64,000 nt of DNA. It comes from a virus (lineage: Duplodnaviria > Caudoviricetes). Within the stretch, counting starts at the first letter, position 1. Each line of letters starts with the position of its first letter. Below are positions 54,505 through 64,000 of the stretch, piece after piece. The stretch lies in the IMG/VR virus record IMGVR_UViG_2841531823_000001, positions 1 to 64,000 of that record; one strand, written 5' to 3'. A program made the translations under genes and the position numbers. Below the pieces are notes generated by a model, which worked only from the letters and a program-made list of their open reading frames with translations, made no database searches and had not been told where the DNA came from.

Positions 54505-55838
54505 GCACCGAAAACCGCATTCCCGTCTCGCAACTTCCGCTGCGGCAGGTGCCCAGCGTCCGTGCCCTGCTGGTGAACGACAACGCCCGCGACCAGCTGT
54601 CCGCCGTTGCCGCCAAGCATATGAACCCTGAGCGAATGATGCGGGTGGTGGCGAACGCCATCCGCACGACTCCGAAGCTGCAGGACTGTGAGCCGATGAG
54701 CTTCCTCGGCGCGCTCATGCAGTGCGCGGCGCTCGGGCTCGAGCCCAACACGATCCTTGGCCACGCCTACCTGATCCCATTCGAGAACAGCCGGAAGCGC
54801 ATCGGCCCGGACGGAAAGCCGGTGAAGGGCGCCGACGGGCGGGACATCTGGGACAAGATCCCCGAGGTGCAGTTGATCGTCGGCTACAAGGGCCTGATCG
54901 ACCTTGCGCGCCGGTCCGGGCACATCACGAGCATCGCGGCGAACATCCACTATTCCGACGATGAGCTCTGGGAATACGAGGAGGGCACTGAGGCGACCCT
55001 GCGGCACCGGCCCGGCCCGCAGGAGGGCAAGAAGCTGCACGCCTATGCCATCGCGAAATTCAAGGACGGCGGCCACGCCTATGTGGTGCTGCCTTGGAAG
55101 GTCGTGATGAGGGTCCGGGACGGCTCGCAGAATTGGCAGAGCGCGGTACGGAACGGCAAGACCAACAAGAACCCGTGGTTCACCCACGAGGACGCCATGG
55201 CGATGAAGAGCGCCGTGCGGGCGCTGTCCAAGTACCTGCCGCTCTCCGTCGAGTTCATGGACGCCATGTCGGTCGACGAGCAGCGGGCTGACTATCGCGC
55301 CTTTGCCATGAACCCCGATGCCGGACTGACGATCGAGGGCGAGGCCGAGGAGGGCCACGATCCCGAGACCGGCGAGGTGCGGGACGAGCAGCCCAAGCAG
55401 GTCGAGAACATGCGGACGCTGAACGACGCGACGCAGGAGCGGCAGCGCGAGCCTGCCCCGGCGGCGCGCCAGCGCCGGCAGGAGAAGGCGCGCGAAGATG
55501 CGACGCCCTACGCGCAGAACCCGGCGGCCGAGGATCTCATCGCCAAGGAAGCGGCGCGCGTCGCCGCGGCCCGCGCGCAGGCGCAGGCCCAAGCGGAGGC
55601 TCCGCAGCGCAACGAGGGGCCGAGCCACGAGGCCGCGCTGCGCGGGCTGGCTGATCGCATCAGCGACGACCTGCTCGACTGCGCCAGCGAGAACTCCGTG
55701 GATCAGGTGCTCGAGCTCTGGGCCGAGCACCTGGGCCAGATCGAGCGCGAGGCGCCCACGCTCCACGCCGAGATTCAGGAAGCCATCGCGCAGACGCGCG
55801 CTCGCGTGGGCGGCGGCCAAGCCTCGATGCGGATCTGA
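54501..55838 (+). CDS. recT: RecT family single-strand annealing recombinase
   Basis: SFLGALMQCAALGLEP..GHAYLIPF..IVGYKGLIDLARRSG..MAMKSAVRALSKYLPLS. Confidence 0.9.
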   Translation: MSTENRIPVSQLPLRQVPSVRALLVNDNARDQLSAVAAKHMNPERMMRVVANAIRTTPKLQDCEPMSFLGALMQCAALGLEPNTILGHAYLIPFENSRKRIGPDGKPVKGADGRDIWDKIPEVQLIVGYKGLIDLARRSGHITSIAANIHYSDDELWEYEEGTEATLRHRPGPQEGKKLHAYAIAKFKDGGHAYVVLPWKVVMRVRDGSQNWQSAVRNGKTNKNPWFTHEDAMAMKSAVRALSKYLPLSVEFMDAMSVDEQRADYRAFAMNPDAGLTIEGEAEEGHDPETGEVRDEQPKQVENMRTLNDATQERQREPAPAARQRRQEKAREDATPYAQNPAAEDLIAKEAARVAAARAQAQAQAEAPQRNEGPSHEAALRGLADRISDDLLDCASENSVDQVLELWAEHLGQIEREAPTLHAEIQEAIAQTRARVGGGQASMRI

Positions 55839-55910
55839 CGCGCAGCCCGCGCGCCAGCACAGAATCCCCGCGCCGGGGGCCCCGGCGCATCTTCCACAAA
55901 GGATTGACCA

Positions 55911-56714
55911 GTGAAACGACTGTTCCTCTCGGCGGTTCTCGCCCTTGCCGCAGCCGCTGCGGTGGCGGCCGAACCCCTGACCATCGCAACCGGCAAGGCC
56001 GGCGGCGGCTACGACGCCCGCGCCCAGCAGATTGCACAGCGGCTCTATCAGCGCGGCACCGAGGCCGAGGTCGCCAATCTCAACGGCTCCGACGAGATCA
56101 GCCTCGCGGTCTGCGGCGGCCGGGCCGACGTGGGCCTCATGCAGATCGACGCGATGTATGCGCGCTCGCTGGAAGGCTGCACCATGAAGCCGGTCGCGGT
56201 CTACGGGACCGAGTATGCCTTCCTCCTGTTCCCGCCCCGCTCCTCGAAGGATGAGCTTTCGGACCTTGGCGCATCTGATGCGATCCTGGTCGACACGATT
56301 GGCTCGGGCACTGATCTCTTCTGGCGCACCATCGTCAAGATCGAGAACAGCGACGACGGCTCCAAGGATGCGTGGGCCAGCGCGCGCGCGGTGAACGACC
56401 CGCTCGAACTGGCGCAGGCATCGGCGGAGATGGGCGACATCGCGGCCGTCCTTCTCGTGCGGAAGCCGGATAGCCCGCACATCACGCGGCTCCTCGATCT
56501 CGGCTGGACTCTTGGCGAGATGTGGGACCGGGACATCAACGACCTGAGCTTCAACGGCGGCAGCCTCTACATCGCCGAAAAGGCCACGGTGCAATTCGGG
56601 AAGCGGCGCTTCCGCGCCTGGGCCTATGCCGTCCGCTCCTTCATCGCCGTCTCGAGCAAGGTTGCCGCTGGCGACCGAACCATGTTCGCCGCCATCACAG
56701 GGGCCGCTCAGTGA
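55911..56714 (+). CDS. TAXI-like periplasmic solute-binding protein
   Basis: Signal peptide; IATGKAGGGY, GSDE, GLMQ.D, GSGT motifs. Confidence 0.7.
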   Translation: MKRLFLSAVLALAAAAAVAAEPLTIATGKAGGGYDARAQQIAQRLYQRGTEAEVANLNGSDEISLAVCGGRADVGLMQIDAMYARSLEGCTMKPVAVYGTEYAFLLFPPRSSKDELSDLGASDAILVDTIGSGTDLFWRTIVKIENSDDGSKDAWASARAVNDPLELAQASAEMGDIAAVLLVRKPDSPHITRLLDLGWTLGEMWDRDINDLSFNGGSLYIAEKATVQFGKRRFRAWAYAVRSFIAVSSKVAAGDRTMFAAITGAAQ

Positions 56715-56878
56715 TCGCGCTCATCAGAGCCCACGCGCTGACTTGGGCCCTCAGCGCGGCTCTGACCATGGCCGCGCTCCGGTTCGTCACCCCGGCCTTT
56801 GTCGACATGATCTTCGACGCGGCGACCGTGGGCCTCGTGTGGCTCGCGGGCTGGCTCGGGAAGCCGACCCGCTCCTGA
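56711..56878 (+). CDS. small membrane protein
   Basis: GTGA coupling, two hydrophobic segments. Confidence 0.5.
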   Translation: MIALIRAHALTWALSAALTMAALRFVTPAFVDMIFDAATVGLVWLAGWLGKPTRS

Positions 56879-56922
56879 CAGCATCCGCCGCCCCGGGATC
56901 GGGGCGGCGTCAACCTCGAGGG

Positions 56923-57222
56923 ATGAAGATGACCGTTCATTCGATGCCCCAGCGCCGGACCCTGCCTCTGCAGCTGGACGCGCACCGGCACACGCAAGCC
57001 TTTCTGATCTGGCGCTTCGCGAAGCCGCTCGATTGGGCCGTGACCGTGCGGCAGATCCACGAGCACACCGGGATCCGCAAGGCCACGATCCGCGAGATCT
57101 GCAACGAGCGCCACTGGCCGGTTCTGGCCGACGCCGATGCGAAGCGCCGCACCTATGACTTTGCCAGCATCTACGGCGACGAGAAGCCGGGCGTCCGCCC
57201 CGTCTACATGGAGTTCATCTGA
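56923..57222 (+). CDS. HTH-like hypothetical protein
   Basis: TVRQIHEHTGIRKATIREIC. Confidence 0.55.
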   Translation: MKMTVHSMPQRRTLPLQLDAHRHTQAFLIWRFAKPLDWAVTVRQIHEHTGIRKATIREICNERHWPVLADADAKRRTYDFASIYGDEKPGVRPVYMEFI

Positions 57223-57611
57223 TGCTGACGGGCGAAGAGATCCGCGACTGGCACCGTGACGACGCCTGCGGCGCGCTGATCGAGATGGTGACGGACGCCA
57301 TGTCGGCGAAGGCGCACCTTGATGAGATCACCGCGAAGCTCGGCCGCCGCGAATGTCAGGAGACCGCGCTGATTGCTGGCGCCGTCGAGAAGATCGACGC
57401 GCTGCTCCGCCTCCTGGGCGCCGCGGCGGAGGACGGGGCGAAGGCGCCTGACTTCAGCCATGTGCCCGAGCCGGAACGCTCCTTCTTCACGGGGAGCCAG
57501 TGGAGCCCCGAGGACATCGAGAAGATGCGGGCCGCGGCCTACGCGCCCGCGCAGTTCAACAAGATGCGGGCCGTGATGGCGGCCTATGCCGAGAAGGATG
57601 GAGAGCAGTGA
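57222..57611 (+). CDS. hypothetical protein
   Basis: Coupled ORF. Confidence 0.6.
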   Translation: MLTGEEIRDWHRDDACGALIEMVTDAMSAKAHLDEITAKLGRRECQETALIAGAVEKIDALLRLLGAAAEDGAKAPDFSHVPEPERSFFTGSQWSPEDIEKMRAAAYAPAQFNKMRAVMAAYAEKDGEQ

Positions 57612-57877
57612 CCGACGTAATCGAAGCTGCCTGGGCGGAAACCGGGCCGGATGCCGATGGCGATTGCCATTTCTGGAGCGTGGGAAAGCAGTTCTACAAC
57701 CCGGGTTCCGTGGACCGCCCGACCATCACGCGCATCACGGTGCAAGAGGATCTGCCCGGCCTGCACTGCAACCTGCGGCGCGTCTGTGTCTGGGTCGGGG
57801 AGGCTATGGTCGCGGAAGCGCCCGTCGCCACGATCAAGGCCATTGGATACCCGGTTCCGAAAGGGGCGGTGTCGTGA
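57608..57877 (+). CDS. hypothetical protein
   Basis: GTGA coupling, GGAG RBS. Confidence 0.55.
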   Translation: MTDVIEAAWAETGPDADGDCHFWSVGKQFYNPGSVDRPTITRITVQEDLPGLHCNLRRVCVWVGEAMVAEAPVATIKAIGYPVPKGAVS

Positions 57878-58107
57878 AACCGTTTTCCGAGATTCTGGCC
57901 GCCATCGTCGGCCGCCCGCCGGCGGCGCCGGCCAAGAGCTACGAGGACGGCATCCGCGCCGCCGTCGACTGGCTGGAAGGCACCGCCGAATGGGACTGCG
58001 GCCACGAGCCCCGCTACTGCCGCTGCCACGAGGAGAAAGCTCTGCTGCGCGATACCGCGGAGCAGATGGCACTCGAACTCTTGCCCAAGAAGAAGGAGAC
58101 GAACTGA
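57874..58107 (+). CDS. hypothetical protein
   Basis: GTGA coupling. Confidence 0.5.
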   Translation: MKPFSEILAAIVGRPPAAPAKSYEDGIRAAVDWLEGTAEWDCGHEPRYCRCHEEKALLRDTAEQMALELLPKKKETN

Positions 58108-58382
58108 TGGCTGGACCTGGCCACAACAGCGGCGACCCGCTGGATTCCTACAACGTGACCGCGGACGAGCTTCGCCAGTTCATCGAGCGGTACGAGCAGC
58201 TGGAAGCCGAGAAGAAGGACGTTCAGGAGCAGCAGAAGGAACTGATGGCCGAGGCCAAAGGCCGCGGCTACGACACGAAGGTGATGAAGAAGCTGGTGGC
58301 GCTTCGCAAGCGCAAGCCCGACGACATCGCCGAGGAGGAGACGATCCTCGAGCTCTACAAGTCCGCTCTGGGGATGGCCTGA
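58107..58382 (+). CDS. GapR/DUF2312 family nucleoid-associated protein
   Basis: ADELRQFIERYEQLEAEKK..EAKGRGYDTKVMKKLVALRK..LYKSALGM. Confidence 0.88.
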   Translation: MAGPGHNSGDPLDSYNVTADELRQFIERYEQLEAEKKDVQEQQKELMAEAKGRGYDTKVMKKLVALRKRKPDDIAEEETILELYKSALGMA

Positions 58383-58383
58383 C

Positions 58384-59013
58384 ATGGCTGACGAGATCCG
58401 ATTCCGGCACGACATTCGCGGCCACAAGATGACCATCGAGCTCGATCAGGATGTTCATCGCTGCATCCACTTCGGGCGGCCAGGATCGAGCGCCTATCAC
58501 TTCCGGCTGGTGACTTGGCCGGGCGGCTTGGGCATCGCCGGCGACTGCGGTGATTACACGTTCTCGCGCATCCGCGACATGTTCGATTTCTTCCGCGACG
58601 AGGGCATGGAGAACCGCATCAACCCGTCCTACTGGCACGAGAAGATGCAGGCTCAATGCAAGACCAGCCCGGCCCGCCAGTTCAGCATAGACAAGTTCAA
58701 GGTCGCGGTGCGCGATGCCATGGACGAATGGCAAGTCCGCCTCGGCGATGCTGACAGGATCCGCGAGGAGGTCAGGCAGGAGCTCGAATGGGAGCCGCCG
58801 TCATGCTCTGCGGAGGCTTACGCCATGATCCGGGACTTCGAGGCATCGGACGGCAACAGATTCGAGGACTTCGAGAGCAACGTCGAGGATTACGGGTTCC
58901 ACTTCATCTGGTGCCTGCGCGCCATCGTCTGGGGCATCAAGCAATACGACCTCGTGAAACAGGGCCGGACGCAGGCCGACCATGACCGCCGCGTGTTGGC
59001 GGGGGAGCGGTAA
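58384..59013 (+). CDS. conserved phage hypothetical protein
   Basis: LVTWPG.L.IAGDCG..F.R..DMFDFF..INPSYWHEK. Confidence 0.7.
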   Translation: MADEIRFRHDIRGHKMTIELDQDVHRCIHFGRPGSSAYHFRLVTWPGGLGIAGDCGDYTFSRIRDMFDFFRDEGMENRINPSYWHEKMQAQCKTSPARQFSIDKFKVAVRDAMDEWQVRLGDADRIREEVRQELEWEPPSCSAEAYAMIRDFEASDGNRFEDFESNVEDYGFHFIWCLRAIVWGIKQYDLVKQGRTQADHDRRVLAGER

Positions 59014-59015
59014 GC

Positions 59016-59210
59016 ATGAGCGCCACCCTCGCTGACTGGACCCGCTGGCGCGGCTTGGTCGCCGATCTGGTGGTCCTGAATCCGGTCTACCTGCCGCTGT
59101 TCGATCGGCTCGAGGCCGAGGTGGAAGAAGCCCGCGCGCGGGAGAGCAATGACCCGCTGGAGGCTGCGCGCGCGCTACTCCGGGCGCAGAAGGGCAGGGG
59201 GCAAGCATGA
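59016..59210 (+). CDS. hypothetical protein
   Basis: GGAG RBS, in operon. Confidence 0.55.
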   Translation: MSATLADWTRWRGLVADLVVLNPVYLPLFDRLEAEVEEARARESNDPLEAARALLRAQKGRGQA

Positions 59211-60364
59211 CCGAGATCGACATGAGCACTGGTGCGGTGGAGCGGCTGGCGGAGACCCTGCTTTTTCGCGGCCATCATCATCAGGAGAAAATCAACCACC
59301 TCCTCCGGCGGCTCCACGTCGAGCGGATCACGGCGTCTAAGACGCTTCGCGCCCTCGCGGCCGAGCGCGACCGGCTGAGGGAGGCGGTGGTCGAGATGGA
59401 ACGCTCACCGGAGTATTGGCACGGCCGCGCTCTCAAGGCCGAAGCCTCGCTCACCGAGGCCCGCGCCGAGACGGGCGCGCTGATCGAGCGGGCGGCGGCG
59501 CTGTGCGACGAGGGTCGCCAAGTCTCGCACGGCATGACCAGGATGAAAACGCGCGAGGAGTGCCGTGACGCCATCCTCGCCCTCTCCCCCGACGCGACCG
59601 CCGCCATCGCCGAGGTGCGCCGGGCCGAGCGGGAACGGTGCGCCGAGCTGATCGACAAGCGCCGGGAAGCCTATCAGGCCGAGCACGGCATCTACGATCT
59701 GGAGACCGGCGCCACGGAATATCCTGGCAACGGCGACGAGTGGGTGCAGGAATGGCACGAGCTTGCCGAGGCCATCCGCACCCCTATCGAGAAGGAGCCA
59801 GACGGTCTGCGCGGCCAGGTGCTTGCAATCGTCGCTAGGGTGAACGCCGACTATGCCGCCGGCCGGATCGACCCTCGTGAGGTCGCGTGGATCAACTCGG
59901 AGGACCATATTGGGGACGCCCCCAAAATGGTTCCGCAGCCCGCCGCGGCCGATGGGTGGGCCGCCTCTCTCGCGGCCGGCGTGGCTGAGCAGATGGCACA
60001 ACAGGATGGCGCATGGGTCTCCTGCTCCGGCTGCTATGCGACCGATGAGGGCTATCCGACCGCTGCCACGGATCCGGTGTTCGGGTGCGCCCTCGGCGGC
60101 GGGTGCATGGAATGCGGCGGACTCGGGGCGGTCTGGGATGCCCCGGACTACCGCGATGTGGTCGCTGAGGCCGCCGCGGAGCCGTCGCCGCCCACCGTGG
60201 CCGAGGCCGCGCGGGTGCTGCTGGCCAGCGGGCGGCTGAATGACCTGTCTGGCTGGGACGGGCAACCGTTCCAGTCGGCCATGCAACACGGCCCGACGAC
60301 TGCAGCGCATTGGCGCGACCGGCTCCGCGCGCTCGCCGGGGAGGGGCGGGCGCAGGGCTACTAA
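59207..60364 (+). CDS. mosaic hypothetical protein with Cys motifs
   Basis: 385 aa; CSGC..CMECGG; converges on integrase. Confidence 0.6.
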   Translation: MTEIDMSTGAVERLAETLLFRGHHHQEKINHLLRRLHVERITASKTLRALAAERDRLREAVVEMERSPEYWHGRALKAEASLTEARAETGALIERAAALCDEGRQVSHGMTRMKTREECRDAILALSPDATAAIAEVRRAERERCAELIDKRREAYQAEHGIYDLETGATEYPGNGDEWVQEWHELAEAIRTPIEKEPDGLRGQVLAIVARVNADYAAGRIDPREVAWINSEDHIGDAPKMVPQPAAADGWAASLAAGVAEQMAQQDGAWVSCSGCYATDEGYPTAATDPVFGCALGGGCMECGGLGAVWDAPDYRDVVAEAAAEPSPPTVAEAARVLLASGRLNDLSGWDGQPFQSAMQHGPTTAAHWRDRLRALAGEGRAQGY

Positions 60365-61653
60365 ATCGCGATCGGGGCGAGCAGTCGGTGCAGGTGCTCG
60401 AGCGTCGCCCCGGCCCCGTATTCCTCTCGCGTGAGAGCGTGTCCCATCAGGTCGCGCCTCACGCGCTCATCGATCCCTGCGGCGAGGCATCGATCTTCGA
60501 ACGAATGCCGGAAGCCATAGAGCGTGTGCTTGGGCGACTCGGCGAGCCCGTTCTCGCGCAGGAACTTGTTGACCGTGGCCGAGAGGGATGGATTGTCGTG
60601 ATAGCGCGGGAAGCCTTCCGGGTGCAGCTTCGCCGCCTCAAGGCTCACGCCGGTCAGCGGGATCTTCCGCCGCGCCCGCGGGCTCTTGAGTGTCCGAGCC
60701 TCGCCCTCGATCGAGATGTGCGGGATCTCCGCGTCAAGCACGATCCGGGCTGCGGTGAGCGCCTGAATCTCGGACGGCCGGGCGCCCGTGTTCAACATGA
60801 TGAGCATGATGGCGCGAGCCTCGGCGTTGAGGCCAGCCAGCGCGCCGGGGGCGAGCAGCTTTGCCCTGATCCAGTCGTCAGACCAAGGCAGGCGCTTCCC
60901 CTTTTCGCCTTCGGGCAGGGCATAGCCGGTCAGAGGCGGATTGAGCGGGAGCCGCTTCTTCTTGATGACCTCGCGCAGCGTCGAGCCGAGGTGCGTCAGA
61001 TCCTTGTTGGCCGAGTTCGGCGTCAGCCCCTCGGTTTCCAAGCGATCCTCCCACCACGCCATGAAGTCGAGCATGTCGTCGGGGGCCAGATCCTCGAGCG
61101 CCTTGTCGCCCACCACCTCGATGAAGTTTCGGAAGGCCTTGACCCGCGGGTTGCGCCAACGGCGGATCTGGTCCGCGCTCTTGCCGCGCGTCTTGGACTT
61201 CTCCGCGACCTCCCAATAAATCTCGAGCGCGCGGCTCATGGTGATCTTCGGGGGCTGGGCCCCGCCGAGAACAGCTGCGGCCTCGATCGGATCGGGCTCG
61301 GCCGGCGCGGCGCCGGCGCGCTCATAGGCTGCGAGCCGCGCTTCGAGCTCGGCCCGCGGCATTTGCGCCACCTCGCGCGCGTGCAGGAACCTGAACCCGC
61401 GCTTGGCCGCCAGTTCGCGCGCCGCCTCGAACATCTTCTCCGCGTCCCGGGTGTCCCCCGCGAGCTTGGCTTCCCATGCCTCGATCATGTCTTGCCAGAC
61501 CTTCGGTGCCTTCTGCCTCGCGACGTCCATGCTGTCCGTGTGCAGGGAGAGGTTCACGAAGGTGCGGCCGTCGATGTGCTTGTACCGCTTCGGCACCCGG
61601 CGGCGGATGCGCCAGGTTCCTTCTCGCTTGTTGAGGCCGGTCAGGCGGCTCAT
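60361..61653 (-). CDS. int: tyrosine recombinase / phage integrase
   Basis: TGARPSEI, LKS, YGFRHSF, LMGH and Tyr; N-terminal RRRVP arm-binding-like domain; GGAGG RBS. Confidence 0.93.
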   Translation of the reverse strand: MSRLTGLNKREGTWRIRRRVPKRYKHIDGRTFVNLSLHTDSMDVARQKAPKVWQDMIEAWEAKLAGDTRDAEKMFEAARELAAKRGFRFLHAREVAQMPRAELEARLAAYERAGAAPAEPDPIEAAAVLGGAQPPKITMSRALEIYWEVAEKSKTRGKSADQIRRWRNPRVKAFRNFIEVVGDKALEDLAPDDMLDFMAWWEDRLETEGLTPNSANKDLTHLGSTLREVIKKKRLPLNPPLTGYALPEGEKGKRLPWSDDWIRAKLLAPGALAGLNAEARAIMLIMLNTGARPSEIQALTAARIVLDAEIPHISIEGEARTLKSPRARRKIPLTGVSLEAAKLHPEGFPRYHDNPSLSATVNKFLRENGLAESPKHTLYGFRHSFEDRCLAAGIDERVRRDLMGHALTREEYGAGATLEHLHRLLAPIAI

Positions 61654-61826
61654 GTGGACCCTCCATGTGACCACCTGAATCTGCCGATGATCGGCCCGAG
61701 AGACAAGCCCCATCGTGCCCCCGAATGTGATCCGAGATGTGTCCCGCTTTGGTCACCACCAATTTCCGACAGCGCTAAGTTTCCCTTGCTTTGCTGGGCA
61801 ATATTGGTCACAAAGGGGGGTGAAAC

Positions 61827-61916
61827 TGGCGGAGACGAAGGGATTCGAACCCTCGAGACGGTTTCCCGCCTGCACCCTTAGCAGGGGTGTGCCTTCGACC
61901 ACTCGGCCACGTCTCC
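61827..61916 (-). tRNA. tRNA-Ser: tRNA-Ser (GCT), probable attachment site
   Basis: GGAGACG acceptor stem, anticodon loop CT-GCT-AA, long variable arm, GGTTCGAATCC, encoded CCA. Confidence 0.97.
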
Positions 61917-64000
61917 GCTGACCGATATATTTGCCAAACCCACGAAGAACAAGCGCTTTCTTCCCCGCACCCCGGAGGGCGCGCAAGTTCATGTTTTCCC
62001 GTGTTTTCACAGAACAGATGCCGAACTGCACGCGATTTTCGTGCAAAATCCGTGCAGCTCGTTCACGCCATATTCAGCCACGAGTGCAGGGGCTCTGGGA
62101 GCGATGGCTGAGGATCTGGCGAAGCAGCTGCGCGACATTGCGGTCAATGGTGACAGTCTCTTCTCACGGCGCAACTTCCGCACGCTTGACGGATGCGGCG
62201 GGAGCGTTGGACTTCGGGCCGATCCACAAGGTTCAGTGCGCCGCCGCGCGATCCCCGCATTCCGGTCTAAGTAATTAATCTCTATGGTGACCCCGGCAGG
62301 ACCTCTGCAATCGCTGATTTTGCTTAGGAATTTCGGTAAATCGGGCTCCTCCGGCCCTCTAGAAAATCAATGACTTAAAGGGCCGGCTGTAAACGCCGAG
62401 GCTGGCCGCGGAGGCGCTGCGTCTTCGGCCGCTCTCTGTCCGCGCCTGCGCGCCGTGCGCCGGCCATTCACATCGACCATGTCCACTGGACTGTCGAGCG
62501 GATCGAAGGGACGGGGGAGGAGAAGACCCGCACCGGCCAGCTGCACAGTGGAACAAAACGCAACAATGCCCATCCGGAGGGAGCATTCCGCGAAAGCCAC
62601 ACCTCGGCATCGACCTGCACCACCCGAATAGGGGTATCGGCGTCTCTCCAGCGCGATGCTATGGTGAGCCCCTTTTCCGCGGTTCATCTGCCCTGGATCG
62701 CGGAAAGCGGGGCCGCAGGATGCTGGCGGGAGTGGAGATCCTGCGGCCCCACGCTCATGGCCACTCCTGCCAGTTTGTCGCATCCTCTCAAGATGAGGTA
62801 ATGATAAGGTTCTCGCAGCCACCGAGGCCGCCCCTAACGACCTCGACTGGTCAGGCCGCGGGCTCTCACCACCGTTAGCCCGCGGCTGCCTTAGCTCTAC
62901 CGGTGCGGCAACCTGTCTCACACCCGAATTCAGTAATCTACTTCATCTTGATGGTGCGCCTTCGGTAAGGCCGCGGGGATGTGACTACCGGCTGAGACCC
63001 TGCGGCCGCTTCTCGCTCCACACACAAGCCGTCCAACCGTGGCTAAGCACCTTCTTTTGAGAGTGCTTCAGGAACCTTAGGATGGCCGGCCATCCAATAA
63101 GGATGCTGGGGGAAGTTGAGGTGGAGGATGCCGGATGTGGTTGCTAGCGTGCGGCACGCCGCCGAGTGACGCCCCTGCGCGCTCGCTGGTGAGGCCGCGG
63201 ACTAGCGCCAGGAATGTCCGCGGCCGCAGCCCGCTGCGTCAAAATATCGCAGCAATTATGGGCAGAGGCGGGCGACCCGTCAAAAAAACGTAATAGGTTC
63301 TTCTTCAGGTGCGATATCTCAAGTGTCAGCCGCCGACAGCTGTCCCAAGCGATTCGTGTGGTTAGGCCGCGGTTTTGCCGTGAAAGGTTCGACCGCGGCC
63401 GTCAATCTCCGTCAAGAGTTTGCCCGTTCGTACGGAAGTTCAACTCCATCCGCAGGCACGGCCGACACTGTTACAGCAGTGGCAGCATCGCGGCCGCTTC
63501 CATCTCGACGAATGTCGAAGGTAGGTCCCTCGCGCTGAGGCGTGAAGGTCTGGATCCAGCCCATTGCTGCCCCTCATATCCCGCGCAGCATGATGCGAGG
63601 CGCCGTCGAGCGGGGCGGGGAGCGGTCATTCGCTACATCTAACATGTACGGCGCCAGTGCGTGGAAAGGCACCACCGCCGTAGCACACGGCGTGTTCTGG
63701 CGCTCGCGGATGGGCTACGGGGCGCGGATCGACGGCGACCGCTACTCATCACCTTGCCGAAAAAGATGACCGGCGAAGAAGTCCTGATCGACTGACAGCA
63801 CCCACCCGCCACGACACACTCCGTCATGCAATCAAGCGCCTCCCTCGAAGCGCTTTTTGGCTCTTCGCGAACTTGCTGCTCAGCACGAATGACACTAGTG
63901 TGACAGAGATCTCAGCAACTTTCTTCGCTCACTCAGGTGCCCAATGGATGCAACGAAAATATCTTCCGAGCTAAAACAGCAGCGAAGAACAGTTGGGTTT

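Larger units (their letters stand above)
1..61826. mobile_element. Temperate podovirus-type prophage (Bcep22-like gene content) integrated at tRNA-Ser; left end outside window
   Basis: Integrase adjacent to tRNA 3' end; repressor/Cro switch, terminase, portal, capsid, tail, lysis modules all present and apparently intact. Confidence 0.93.

Noticed and set aside
62000-64000. ORFs right of the tRNA, including a possible resolvase-like scrap near 63700
   Set aside because: Short ORFs lacking codon bias or clear motifs; probably degenerate island DNA, not callable
1-64000. CRISPR array or rRNA
   Set aside because: No regularly spaced repeats or rRNA-like sequence observed

Overview
Positions 1 to about 61.8 kb are a high-GC temperate podovirus-type prophage, probably in a Rhodobacter/Cereibacter-like alphaproteobacterium (inferred from an alpha-type LexA box, GapR-like and GcrA-like genes, and codon usage). 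Its integrase sits next to the 3' end of a tRNA-Ser(GCT) at 61827-61916, and the left att site is not visible. The gene set recalls Bcep22-like phages. From right to left: integrase; early/recombination operon (RecT, TAXI-like, GapR-like); repressor/Cro switch with 17-bp operators; replication plus three DNA methylases and a PAPS reductase; terminases; portal; scaffold; CsrA-like genes; N4-gp56-type capsid; tail; ejection proteins; a 5008-aa DarB-like polyvalent protein; lysis cassette with a GH16 hydrolase. The most notable observations are: (1) four small genes apparently overprinted in the same +1 frame inside linkers of the giant gene, all with host-like codon bias and three with their own RBS; (2) a ~590-nt densely base-paired candidate ncRNA with its own promoter and a closing terminal helix, directly upstream of the giant gene; (3) a C5-methyltransferase split over two overlapping frames; (4) a 52-aa Acb2/Tad1-like anti-defence candidate missed by the ORF track. 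All family assignments come from motif recognition by eye; no searches were run.
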